Program-made: the position numbers and the translations under genes
Assembly (NCBI RefSeq): GCF_030144855.1
Contig: NC_082727.1
Span: 42,098,001-42,162,000 of the forward strand
Length of the DNA: 64,000 nt
Source of the DNA: Hypanus sabinus
Taxonomy: Eukaryota
Direction: 5' to 3'
The notes under the pieces: generated by a model
What the model was told of the DNA's origin: nothing
Seen by the model: only the letters and a program-made list of their open reading frames with translations
Database searches by the model: none
Shown: positions 1 to 12,385 of the stretch, piece after piece
How positions within the stretch are numbered: the stretch's first letter is position 1
Layout of the letters: every line of letters begins with the position of its first letter

Positions 1-80
1 TTCATTGAGCCAAAATATACTGGCCCCAATATGTCCCAGTTAACTGAATTGCACCATATATGTATTTAAATGCTTAGATA

Positions 81-651
81 TCTACCCAGTGGTGATTTAT
101 TTGGTCCAACTGTGCAACTGCTTGTTATTGCAAATATCTAATCAGCCAATCATGTGGCAGCAACTCAACACCTAAAATTGTGCAGACCTGCTCAAGAGGG
201 TCCGTTGTTGTTCAGACTAAACATCAGAATGGGGAAGAATGTGATCAAAGTGACTTTGACCGTGTAATGAATGCTGGTGCCAGACCAGGTGGTTTGAGTA
301 TCTCAGGAAATGCTGATCTACTGGAACTTTCATGCAGGACGGTCTCTAGAGTTTACAGAGAATGGTGCAAAAATAAAAATAAAAAAAATCCGGTAAGCTT
401 CAGTTCTATGGGGAGATTGCTTTCTTAATGAGAGACATCAGAGGAGAATGGCCAGATTTGCATTCTGCTTGAACCATAGTAACTCAAATAACCAAACATT
501 AGAACACTGGTGTGCAGAAAAGCATCTCTGAACATATAACATGTCAAACATATAAGTGGGTGGGCTACAGCAGAAGACCACAAACAAATATACTGTTGGC
601 TCCTTATTAGATACAGAAGGTAACTGATAGAGTGTATATTTATTGGTGTAT
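81..651 (+). mobile_element. Degenerate non-autonomous Tc1/mariner element retaining the N-terminal HTH DNA-binding region of the transposase
   Basis: ORF 180-428 contains SDFDRVMNAGARPGGLSISGNADLLELSCRTVSRVYREW, which resembles the Tc1 paired-like HTH (SDFDRGMIVGARRAGLSISETADLLGFSRTTVSRVYREW). Degenerate TIR-like ends lie near 81 and 600-651. Confidence 0.75.
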
Positions 652-1740
652 AAATATACCATTGAGAGTATAATTATATGTAGATAATATTTGAAAGCAT
701 TTTGAAAAATAGAAGCTTTCTGTTATTTGTTGGAGATAATTTAACAATTACTCAAATAGATTGTGCATTTTTGGTTCAGGGTGTAAATCCTTGGATAAAA
801 TTTTCATTGTTCAAAATGACTTTTATCTATCACAGGGCACATAAGCGAGGACTAGCCTTTATGTAGGCAGCTTGCATGTCTCAGGTTGTTGCCATTTTTA
901 ATTAAAGATGGAAAAATTCACTAGCTGCAAATCTAATCTGAGTGATGGTTACAATGTTTGCTTAAAGATATGTGTGTATTTGCCCATCAAGGACAAGGCT
1001 CTGAAAGGTTTGCTTTTGATGATGTAATCAGGCTTAAATCATCTTGTGTGCTGAACAGCAGGTTTTCCCCAAATAACTTCTGCATGCTTGAAATAAATTT
1101 ATTCATGTGGAGATATAGCCAGAATATTTTCGAAGACCAGCAATTTACAGATATTGCCTGATTAGATATAATTGTATTAAGTACCTACCAAATTTAATCT
1201 CAAGTGGAGATTAAGAAAGAGAGAAGAGGCATGTATTATGTAACTTCCAAAATTAATCTCAAACTGAGAAGATCAAGCAAGGGAGATGGGAATTTTACGC
1301 TTATACAAAAATTGTTGCTCAAGGATTAAAGTAATTTGGAAAGTTAGATTGACAAGAACGTCATATGTTAATCAATAGAAGCTAAGAGATTGTTAACAAA
1401 CAATTCATAGACCTAGGATTAAAGAAGAAATTGATATTATTAATGCTTCTTCTAATGACTTCAGATGTAGCATCTTGTCTGTATAGGAATGGAGACCCAC
1501 CAGTATCAAATACAAGGATCAGATTGCATGTTTGACCCACCATCTTGTTGGCTTCTTGTTGCCTGATAAAATTACACGATTATGCATGTTGCTGGAGCTG
1601 ACACAGTTCTGAGTGACTGTGTGAATACTTTGAGTGGTTAGCACTAACTAACTTGCACGGTTAATGTTGATCTTAAAGGAGAAGCAGGCATTCGGGAACT
1701 CAATCTTACCTGGGAGCTATATTATATGTGAGTGGCATAA

Positions 1741-1926
1741 GACAGGAGAGAGGGAAAGACTAGATTTACTGACATAGCACGAGAGATCTTAGCAGAAAGA
1801 AGGAATGATGTACTGTATCCACAGGGGACAGATGGTCTCCTGACATACTTTCAAATGACAGAGGAAGGAGACAGCCAAGACAGTCATTGCCAAAGGTCAG
1901 CTTGGAAGCAATTCAGCAAGGAGTAA
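1741..1926 (+). mobile_element. Possible remnant of a PIF/Harbinger Myb/SANT-like ORF
   Basis: The frame starting at 1741 reads GKTRFTDIAREILAERRNDVLYPQG, resembling the RFSD...RRRDVLYPQG start of Harbinger Myb-like proteins. No TIR or nuclease was found. Confidence 0.25.
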
Positions 1927-3347
1927 AGGTCTAGTGAAAGCCAGTGAATGCATTATTAAGTGAAATATCCTACCATATAAAAATAGCAGTCTTACACACT
2001 GCCCACATCCCTACTTGACAACTACCAACAGCTTCTACAATAATGGGTAACTATCTAACAGTCACAGGTTCACCTCACCTTTACACATTTGCATCTGTCG
2101 CAAGCCACACACCTGCATCTGCATGCACAAATCCTCAACGTTGACAGGGAGTAACCCAAGTACATTATGAAACACATACCGAGACAGTTTGTCCACTCTA
2201 GCGCGCGAACATCGGTAGTGGGACAATAGGAGGACAGGCAAGCTTAAAGCAGAAATCACTCCTGCTCAGTCTAGAATGACTACTGTTGAGATCGGAGCCA
2301 GCAATAGGAGTGAATCAACAGATGAAAGTAATTCATAAGCTGTACTTCATTTGCTACCTCACTATATCTGCTGATTTACAATACTGTATGTGGATAGTAT
2401 ACATATCTGCTTAATAATTTATTCTCCTCCCTCGTGATAACTGTCCTGGTGCCATTTTCAATCTGACAGAGACGATCTGCAAACTACTTTGAGGAGGGAA
2501 GACGGCAGGTAGGAGAGTGAAGATGTAGGATAAATGAAGAACCAGAGTGACCCAGTTTGAGACCTTACAGCTACCAGCTCAGAAGCTGCATAATTTAATG
2601 GTTAGGGTGTCAGTTTGTGGGCAACAGTATGTGTTTGTTTCACTTTTCACCCAAGGCGATAAGTCTCATTGACATAAGCCACTCAGATTTGGCCTATGCC
2701 TCTGTTCATTTAATCCAATTCCACTTGCTTTTATCCACCTCCGACTCCAATTATGTTGTTGGTCCAATTATATCTTATACGTACATACAATCAGTCTATA
2801 AGCTAATGTAAGACAGCTAATTTAATGTATATACAGTCATACTCAGTTACTTGTACATTGTGTTTTAGACAGTTGCTTTTATATTTATATGTATTGTTTT
2901 TTCTTTGTTTTTCTTATTGTGTTCTTTATGTGCATTGTGTTTGTTTACTTCTGCAAAGGACCCAAAGTAATAATCATCCTGTTCTCCTGTACACTGCAGA
3001 ATGACAATAAACAATCTTCAATCTTGAGTGCAGTCTAAATACCCAGTTCCTTAAAAGAGAGAACGCATGTTGTTGAAGGACTAGTTACACTGGTAGCAAT
3101 TAGGGGGCTGAGTTGAGAGACAGGAATAGGTCAGATTAGAGGTGGGGTTTTCATGTAATGACTTATTTGCATGAGTGGCTTGCCACCTAGACAAGGTAGT
3201 AACTCACAACAAGATGAAGTCATATAAGTTCTCCTTCAGAAAATAAGTTAATGGATTTGCATTCTGAAATTCATGAGGTCAGTTTGAAAACATACATGCT
3301 GTGACAAGCAAAATGGAGAAGTCCAGCAGCAAAGATTTATGGGTCTT

Positions 3348-4035
3348 TATAAGACCAAAAGGCATAGTAGCAGCATTAGACCATTCAGCCCATCGAGTCT
3401 GCACTGCCATTCCAAAATGACTGATTTATTTACCTTCTCAACTCCATTCTCCTGCCTCCTGCTCATATCCTTTGGCACCCTGATTAATCAAGAACCATTC
3501 AACATCTGCCTTCAATATACCCAATGACTTGGCCTGCATAGCTCTCTGTGGCAGTGAATTCCATACACTAACCACCCTCTGGCTAAAGGAACTTTCCTAA
3601 TTTTTGTTCTAAAGTGGATGTCCCCCTATTCTGAGACTGTGTCCTCTGGTCCTAGACCCCCCCCCCCCAAAGGAAACAACTTCTCCACATCCGCTCTATC
3701 TAGGCCTTCCAATATTTAATAGGTTTCAATGAGATCCTCACTCATTCTTCTAAACTTTATCAAGTACAGGCCCAGAGCTATCAAACACTCTCCATGTGTT
3801 AACCCTTTCATTCCTGGTATCATTCTCGTGAACTTCCTCTGGACTTTCTCCAATATAAGCATTTGATTTCTTAGAAAGGGGGTTCCAAAACTGCTTACCA
3901 TACTGCAAGTGTGGTCTGACCGATGCCTTATAAAGCCTCAGCATTACCTCCTTGCTTTTGTATTCTAGTCCTCTCAAATTGAAAGCTAACGTTGCTTTTC
4001 CCTTACTTACCACCAACTCAACTTGCAAGTTAACC
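3348..4035 (-). mobile_element. CR1-type LINE, 3' fragment
   Basis: Minus-strand ORFs LAFNLRGLEYKSKEVMLRLYKASVRPHLQY and LEKVQRKFTRMIPGMKGL match the CR1 ORF2 C-terminus. A CR1-like 3' tail lies near 3350-3420. Confidence 0.9.
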
Positions 4036-6162
4036 TTTTGGTGATAGGCAAGGAAAAGAGAAGTGATAAGAAGGGAGCCAGAATGGGAAATGGGGAAAAG
4101 AAGAGGTAAAGGGGGGAGAAATTATTAATTTCCTCCAGTACCCCTCCTCCTTCCTCTTAACCCATGCTCCACCCTCTTCTCCCAGCAGACTCCCCCTCCT
4201 TATGCAGAGCTTGTGGTGGGAAACTCCATTACATCACTTACATCTGATGGCCAATGTGTCATCTTCTAATTAAAAAAGTTTCTGAAACCCTGGAGCTGCA
4301 GTAGATGCTCATACTGCTCGCATGTCAATTGCACTTTAGTCAAGTCCAGAAGCAAGAATGATGAAGAGGTGCAGATAGTCCTGTAGTCTAACATCCTGGT
4401 AGAAGAGGGATAGAGTTGATAGTCAAGGAATTGAATTGCTTGAGAAATGGGAAGACATATTGCTATAGGGAATGGATGGAATCGGGGGATGAGTCTGGAT
4501 TGTTTTAGCAAAGTGCTAGATCAGCAATTAGGAAGCACCAATCTCCTTCATCTTCTGCATTATGGATGGCTCACTTGGTAGCCAGCAGATTCCCGCCCTC
4601 TTGCTTTCCCCACATCAATGCAATTTATCTCAGCTGTGGTGCTTTTCTTGTAACTGTTCTGGCAACCCTTGATGAGGAGGATATTAATGTTTCGTGGCTC
4701 TGCCTTGCTCCGGGTCACTGGTGGTGTTAACAAGCTGCCATTCCAAGCCTACAATTAAGTAAATAGCACAAATGTAAGACAGCTGGTTCCCTAAACCTTC
4801 CCAACGGAGCTGAAAGTGCAATGCTGCATGTAAAAAATACCTGTAGATTTGTTTCTCCTTCAAATTATCAGGTTCTACAGAGCTTATCAAATATTTTTCA
4901 ATAATGCTTTTTATGCATTAGAAATCTAACACATGCTGATCTAACTAATCTAAACAAATTATTTAAGGAAGCTCTGTGAGGTTTGAGTGATGTATATGTG
5001 TATATGGGGGTAATGATGTGAGATAGCATTAAGCCTGAGCATTGGGGAATGATTTGATTAATATTTTTACCTCTATTCTATAGTAAACTGACAGAATACA
5101 TACACAGTCAAATGTCCAACCTTTAGGTAATTTGGGATTGGGGAGGAATGGCACATTATTCACGTCAATTTCATTGCAATTATTTCATATTTGAAATGCT
5201 CAGAAGCAGCTTTCAACTATAGGTTATATGTTGCATTTTGAAAAGTATGCCCTGCTGAGATATAAATATAGATGAGATACAGTGACAGCTGTAAAGCTGT
5301 GTGAAGGTTTGATACAGGCAAGTAGTATGGGGAGAGCAGATTGACTGGCAGCATTTTGTGGGCATGGAGTGTGAGATATTTCCCTTGTGCATGGTTGTTT
5401 TTGATAGATTCCGTAAAGTGTGCCATCCTCTCCATTTCTATTCTCAAGTTGTAAAGAGACTGTGCACAGTATTGAGTGTAGCCTCCTCCTCCTTCACGCC
5501 TGATGCATTGCCACCTCTGAGGAGTGTATCAAATTTAGTATACACTCATTTGTTACTGAGGAGACGGCAGTTCAATCTTCCTCAACTAATTTCATAATGA
5601 TTGCTGTAAGTGGGAGACATTAGTCTCTTCCACTAAAGTGCTGGGCACTCTTTTGCATGATTCATCTAATTAATGATGGACTGCACCAAGGAGATTCCTG
5701 CCATACTGGGAAATGAGATGAAAGAAGACATTTTGATGAAAGCACTGAAAAATAGCCGACCCTGTCTAAATAAGGAAATGGATGTAGTAGGGAAATAGTG
5801 TTACAGTATTTCTAAGCCAGTAATTGAAAATAACTGACTTTACTCATGGTTATAATAAAAAAGATTAGCAAACACACTTTAATACTTTGCTAGATTATTT
5901 AAGTTAACACGGCAGCTTCTTAAGGTTAAAACCCATTGAGGAACTTGTATACTGGATGGCTGCTGTAGTGCAGCTTCAGCCCAACCATGTCCAACATGCT
6001 GCTCACTTTGTTGTTAATGTCTCAGCAATACACAAACGTAGCCGCTTCAGTTGCAGTTTGGGTAAAAGTTGCAATCCGACATTTATCAGAATACTACAAA
6101 GGTAGTGGCTACTTACTCAATCATCACTAAATCACTAAACACATGCTTGGGCTAGAAATATA

Positions 6163-6462
6163 ATCAAAGTTCAAAGTAAATGTTATCATCAGAGTACATA
6201 TCTGCCACCAGATACAACCTTGGGATTCTTTGAATAGTAACTGTAACAGGTTCAGTGAAAGATCAACCGGAGTGCAGAAGACAATGAATTGTACAAATAT
6301 GAATAAATAAATAGCAATAAATAATAAGATAGAGAGTCCTTAAAGTGAGATCATTGGTTGTGGGACCATCTCAATAAATGAATGCAGTTATCCTCTTTTG
6401 CTAAAGGTTGAGGAGTAGTAACTGTTCTTCAACCTGGTGGTGCGAGTCTTGAGGCTCTTGTG
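6163..6462 (-). mobile_element. Rex1/Babar-type LINE 3' tail fragment
   Basis: Starts with the caaagttcaaagtaaa tail shared by other Rex copies here and ends in the aacctggtggtgcgagtcttgaggctc segment. Confidence 0.65.
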
Positions 6463-7039
6463 GTGAAGTGATTTTATATTCCATGCATTTTTTTTTAACT
6501 CTGAGGAACAATCACTTTAGTGTGTGTATACAGTATTTCAGTAAGTGATAGGGCAGACTACTTTGTACATGACAGTTGATTCATGCTTTTCGTGAGCAAA
6601 TCCCACATAAAAGTCATTTTGCCCAACTTGGACCACACTGACAATGATTTCTGGGTGATATTGTCCTCAGTGTGAATCTGGTCTGGGTACTTTTTGTACA
6701 GTATTCATCTTAACACAGCTGCTGTTCATTGGGCACTGGTCAAACACCAGTGGGCATCACAGCTGATCTTCCTTACATCAGTGGCATAAGTTAAAGCTTT
6801 TGAGCTGTGGCTTATGACTTCTGCCATTAAAAAGCAGAACTAAGGAAGCACGGTCTAGTGATCAGTAGTGAGATTATAATTCAAGATATCCTGCTTAAGG
6901 AATTGGCCAGCTTCAGTTTTTAATGATCAGGATTATGGAACAGGCAGCGGTGGTGCCCCCTTCACTGGCTACAGTCTTTTTATTTTAACCATTTATGTGT
7001 GGCAGGCTTATTCAGCCTACTCCTCTCAGCAGTTTGAGA

Positions 7040-7898
7040 CGAATGGAACACACCAACCCATCAGGAACATGCAGATGCAACCTGTCTCTGAATGTGAACA
7101 AAGTAAAAGAGATGGTTGTTGACTTCAGGAGAGCACGGAGTGACCACTCTCCATTGAACATCGACGGCTCCTCCATTAAGATCATTAAGAGCACTAAATT
7201 TCTTTGAGTTCACCTGGCAGAGGATCTCACCTGCCCTCAACACCAGCTCCATAGCCAAGAAATCCCAGCAGCGTCTCAACTTTCTGCGAAGGTACCGCCC
7301 ACCACATTCTACAGAGGATGTATCAAAAGCATCCTGAGTAGCTGCATCATTGCCTGGTTTGGGAATTGCACCGACTCGAAACTCAAGACTCTGCAGCGGA
7401 TAGTGAAGTCAGCTGAGAAGATCATTGGAATCTCTCTTCCTGCCATTACAGACATTTACAACACACACTGTACCCACAAAACTAACAGTATTGTGAAGGA
7501 CCCCACACACCCCTCACACAAACTCTTCTCCATCCAGCAATCTGGCAAAAGGTACCGAAGCATTTGGGCTCTCACAACCAGACCGTGAAACAGTTTCTTC
7601 CCCCAAGCCATTGGACTCCTCAATACCCAGAGTCTAGACTGACATCTACATCATTTATTATTATATTGAAATTTGTCCTCTACTGTGCCTATTGTTTTGT
7701 TTATTTTTAATTAATTAATTATTATACTGCCCTGCACTGTTTTGTGCACTTTATGTAGGCCTGTGTAGGTCTGCAGTCTAGTGTAGTTTTGTGTTGTTTC
7801 ATGTAGCACCATGGTCCAGGAGGAACGTTGTTTTGTTTTTATTGTGTACTGTACCAGCAGTTTATGGTCAAAATAACAATAAAAAGTGACTGACTTGA
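7040..7898 (+). mobile_element. Rex1/Babar-type LINE, 5'-truncated
   Basis: Peptides NLSLNVNKVKEMVVDFRR and SAEKIIGISLPAITDIY...KDPTHPSHKLF...SGKRYRSI match the RT C-terminal/DUF1891-like region. A 3' UTR with microsatellite-like tail follows. Confidence 0.85.
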
Positions 7899-7965
7899 GA
7901 TGCACAGGAAATCACTGTATCCAATCTCCCTTTTATCCCTAATTCCTATGGGAATCATTATTGTA

Positions 7966-8111
7966 GCAAACAGACACAAAATTCTGGAGGAACTCAGCAG
8001 GTCAGGCAGCATCCATGGAAATGAATAAACCATCAATATTTTGGGCCGAGACCCTTCCACAGGACTGTATGTTGCTTTACATTTCCAGCATCTATAGAAT
8101 TACCTGTGTTT
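7966..8111 (-). mobile_element. Penelope-like element pseudo-LTR with a degenerate hammerhead motif
   Basis: Reverse complement of the shared gatgctgcctgacctgctgagttcctccag motif. The minus strand of 8031-8067 reads cagtc-CTGTGGA-agggtctcggccc-AAAAT-ATT-gatg. Confidence 0.75.
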
Positions 8112-9461
8112 AGTCTTTACAGTAGCTGTATTGTAGCTGCCATGAGAGAGAGCTTTAAGCTCTGATAACTCACTTTTCATACACATTTTTCCACAGTTTC
8201 GCAATTTTTTTTGTGAAATCTAACTGGATGTTTATGCTATATGCAACCCATGATTAGAGAAGCACGTTTTACAGGAATACTGCACAGAATCCAATGGGTA
8301 GTGCACAAATGAGATCATTGCTGCAATATTCCAGTATAGTTATGTGCTTAGAAAACTAGAAAAGTCTCAAAAAGTTGAATTCTTTCTTTGCCTGAGAAGG
8401 AGTGCTTTAACATAAGTAAAAAGATTCCTTCAATCTTGAGCCATTGTCTGGAGTCTGTCAGTAAAGCCAAGCCTGGAGCAGAACACAATGGTTCTGATTT
8501 ATTTGAAATCTATGGGGTTTCTACCTTCTTCTTGCTTAGCAGTGGACCCAACCTCAGCTACACCACTCACAGATAATGTTTCTCCGAACTGATGGAAATA
8601 TATGGTGCCAATTATATTTACCAAGAAGCTAGACAATAGTTAAACCCATTGGAAACTGACCCTTTAAGAGCTCTGGTCATGCAAAGAGGTAATTGTGCTG
8701 ACGACCTGATATCTGTGATACCTACATTAAAATCACATTACCTCATTACCTGCAGAAGAAATTCAATTTTAAGCTACTTATAGAAAAGATGACTGAAGAG
8801 CAATGAGGTATGGAAAAATATGACTGATTACTATTTCCCTAACTAGGCAGTTTGAACTGTCACAGTGATAAGACATAGACAAAATTTATTGTTATTGTTT
8901 TACACACAGTTAATGATATGGATGGAAACACTCTACCAATCTGAGATTTCTTCACTTGAATTTCTTTTAACAGTACCTTAAGAAACCCAAAATGTATTGA
9001 AATGGACCTATAAAAGAGTCCATTAGAACTACTCAAATTTCTCAGTGCACTTAAGCCTGATGATTTATTGCAGTTTGATTAATACAATATCATAAAAAAT
9101 TATGTCAAATTAACATTTTTAATCATGGCAAAGATCTAGGATAACATGCCGGAAATCTCAAGGAAAATAATATTGAATCAAAGGTAGAGTCTGATCAAAA
9201 AATAAGTTAACAACCAAAATTATGACACGAAAGAGCAGTATATCCACAGAACTAGACTGTTTTAGTTCAGCATTTTGAAAGAAGTGAGACCACTAGTGAT
9301 GCCCTAACAGTAATCTTCTAAACCAATCTGTCAATTTATTAAGTTGACAGGTAGACACCAGAAAATAATAATGCAATTAATCTAAAACCCATTGTCTGAA
9401 AATTGTAAGGCCTAGGTATTGGAGTTCACTTTTATTAGTATGCTAAACTGGTATGCTTATT

Positions 9462-9930
9462 AAGTTCAAGTTTAATTGTTCTTCTGCTATATGCTTGGAT
9501 ACAGCTAAACAGAACAGCATTTCTCTGGGCTAAGGTGCAAAACACAGAACATGCAGTCAAAAACAGCACATACAGTCACAAAATGATGTTCGTATTAGTT
9601 CCTCATCAGTATGATCTGAAAATTGATGGTGATGGGGTGTTGTTCTGGAGCCATGTTTCTGCAAGAATAAACACCCAGCAGTTTCTTATCTTACAGTGGG
9701 TCTGCCGCAGATGAATGCAATCCAGCTTGTCTTCCAGGGAGTGAACAGCATCGATCGGAGAGCCAGCCTCCTGGAGCCAAGTGTCCAATCCAGCACCCCA
9801 GCCATACGTCTGCTCTTTCTCACATTGCCTCTAGTATCTCCTTCCATGGATGGCAGTAACAGGTGACATGGCAACATGAGACCCTGCTCTATGCCACAAC
9901 CAAAGCCATGTAGCTCCTTTCCCATCGGTT
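9462..9930 (-). mobile_element. Internally deleted Rex1/Babar derivative (endonuclease N-terminus joined to 3' tail)
   Basis: Minus-strand ORF VHSLEDKLDCIHLRQTHCKIRNCWVFILAETWLQNNTP resembles the APE endonuclease start. It lies ~150 bp from an aagttcaagtttaattg 3' tail. Confidence 0.6.
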
Positions 9931-9931
9931 G

Positions 9932-9958
9932 CCAATGAACCAATGAACCAATGAACCA
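9932..9958. repeat. CCAATGAA x3.4 short tandem repeat
   Basis: ccaatgaaccaatgaaccaatgaacca is read directly from the sequence. Confidence 0.9.
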
Positions 9959-10666
9959 AACTTGTAGTATTTAGTATTACCAATATCCAACAGGGTCATG
10001 CCATCACAAAAAACACATGTTTTGCATCTTTTATTTGGACCCAGAATGGCTGCTGCAGTCTAGCATGCTGCCTTCTTACTGGAAAACACACTTATGTTCA
10101 GTTAGATGTACTACTAGACTGTGCATATAAACCTTACCTGCATGGTTCTAGTGGCAGCTCACTGAAGAAGTCTCATCTGTGGCATCATTGCTATGGCAGC
10201 CATATTTTCCATGGGGAGGTGAACCACATGTCTGGCCACCTTTACCCTACCCACGAGTGACCCATGCTCGCTATTCTGGCAGAGATCACAGGCTGTATTT
10301 GTCAATGAATTATGTTAAAGTGCTGCTATAAGTAAAGAGATACTCAGCAATGCTGATATAAATATGCTGATGATTGAAAAACTGAGGCTAATGGATGCAG
10401 AGCTTAGTACATTTATGGAAGAATGAAAACCATTCAAGTCATGTCGTGCTGATCTGTTGCAAGGGTTGGCCCTTATTTTCCTGTAAGCTATAATGAGACT
10501 CTAAGTCATAACTTAAAGGTTCTGAATTGTGAGATCAATATCTTGCAGAAAGAATGTGACAGTTTCACATTTTAATGGTCAAGATAATGGAACTGCTATT
10601 AGATGCTCTATAAATGTAACCATTTGTGAGTAACCAACAGCTTGAGCCAATTGGAGCACACCAACC

Positions 10667-10827
10667 NNNNNNNNNNNNNNNNNNNNNNNNNNNNNNNNNN
10701 NNNNNNNNNNNNNNNNNNNNNNNNNNNNNNNNNNNNNNNNNNNNNNNNNNNNNNNNNNNNNNNNNNNNNNNNNNNNNNNNNNNNNNNNNNNNNNNNNNNN
10801 NNNNNNNNNNNNNNNNNNNNNNNNNNN
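10667..10827. other. Assembly gap (161 N)
   Basis: Run of N. The right flank is a Rex-type 3' tail. Confidence 0.99.
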
Positions 10828-12277
10828 ACCTGCAAGAAAATGAATGTCAAGGTTGTTTATGGTAATATATGCGCACTTTGATAATAAATTTTACTTTGAA
10901 ATTTGAACTTTGAAGAGGTTTAGAAAATGTGCATGCACCTTTAACAACTATGCATACCGTGGATGTATAACTATTCATTCATTCCCATATCAGTCATTTC
11001 TATGAGATTGCTATTAAAATAGCTTCAGCGAAGAATTTTTTGTCGACATCTCCAACCTTGTAAGTTTTCTTAGGGAGTAACACCTCAAAAGAGCCTTCAT
11101 GGACCCTCAAGGTAACTCATGTGAGCTACCTGCTCAGCATTCTTTTATGGGTTATGTTTAAATACACAACTGAATTTCTAGGACAGTGCTCTAAAAATGT
11201 GTAATTCATCTTCAAGAGTGCTTTAAAATGCACTCCTTTCATCTACGGTTAAGAAAGCACAAAGAAGGAGCTGACAGTTTTTCCTTGATGATTTTTTTTA
11301 AATTGCAGGTTTAAGTGATTTCAAGCAGCCCAAACAGTTCCAAATGTAACAGTTAACTTGGCAGATTCTATGATGTTGCGGGAAAGTTATCTGGAAAGTA
11401 GAAATTTCAATCGCATTCTCTTGGGGAAGAGAAGTCTTTCTTTCAAGATTAAGGCTAACATGCACTGTTGGTTTGGTAAAATTGAATCAAAGTGAGCTGA
11501 TAACATGCCACAGTTGATTTTGAAGGTCAAAACAATTTTTCTACAAAAATACAATTTGTGGTATATCCTGTTGGGGAGGTTTGTGATCTTAAGTTCTCCA
11601 TATATTAGCCTGTAATTATGACATGCAAAAGCTTTGCTTGGAGTCTTCTCTAACACTAAGCATACTATATAGTCAAAGCCCATGGAATGAATTTCAAAGG
11701 GAAAGTACAGTATCCTGTCACAGAGATTACTGTTCATTACCAAGCAGGGAGTAATTCCTAATCACTTCATCTACATTGATTCCAAAAAGTATTGGTTCAT
11801 TTTGGGCCCATAGGGCCTCGAATTCTATGTGTTTCACTTCAAGCTGGACAAGCGCAGGAATTGAAAGTTCACTCGTGATGTGATACACAATTACCTGTGT
11901 TTGAGATTATTTGAGCAATGTGCTTGGCAAAGAAAAGAACGCTGTGATGCAACAGCACATGGAAATTGTGGGAAAATGCAGCTGATATCAATCCCCATGA
12001 AACAGCTGTTTGCAAGCTCCCCTGTGAAATTCAGGCACAGGTATATAATTAACAGTTCTTCATTGATACAGGGCTATCTGGGAGGCCTTCCACTAGAAGA
12101 ATTGTAGCTGCTCAGAAAGACAGTTCCACAATCTCCTTAAAAGCAGTAATGCCCCAGTGGCAAGAAGATACATAGGTGAGTATCCCCACACAACACATTT
12201 TAGAGCTTGTTCCCATGGGAACTACAGGTTCTGGTACAGTTTTCTCCTGTCCACTGCTACTTTATTCCCACACATTC

Positions 12278-12385
12278 CAGTCCTGAGGAAGAGTCTTGGG
12301 CCAAAATGTCAACTCTTTATTTGTTTCCATAGATGCTTCCTAAACTGCTGAGTTCATCCAGCATTTTGTATATGTTTCCCCACAC
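12278..12385 (+). mobile_element. Penelope pseudo-LTR with a degenerate hammerhead motif
   Basis: cagtc-CTGAGGA-agagtcttgggcc-AAAAT-GTC-aactc, followed by tttccatagatgcttcctaaactgctgagttcatccagcattttg. Confidence 0.75.

Noticed and set aside
10608-10881. ORFs spanning the N run
   Set aside because: Artefacts of translating the assembly gap.
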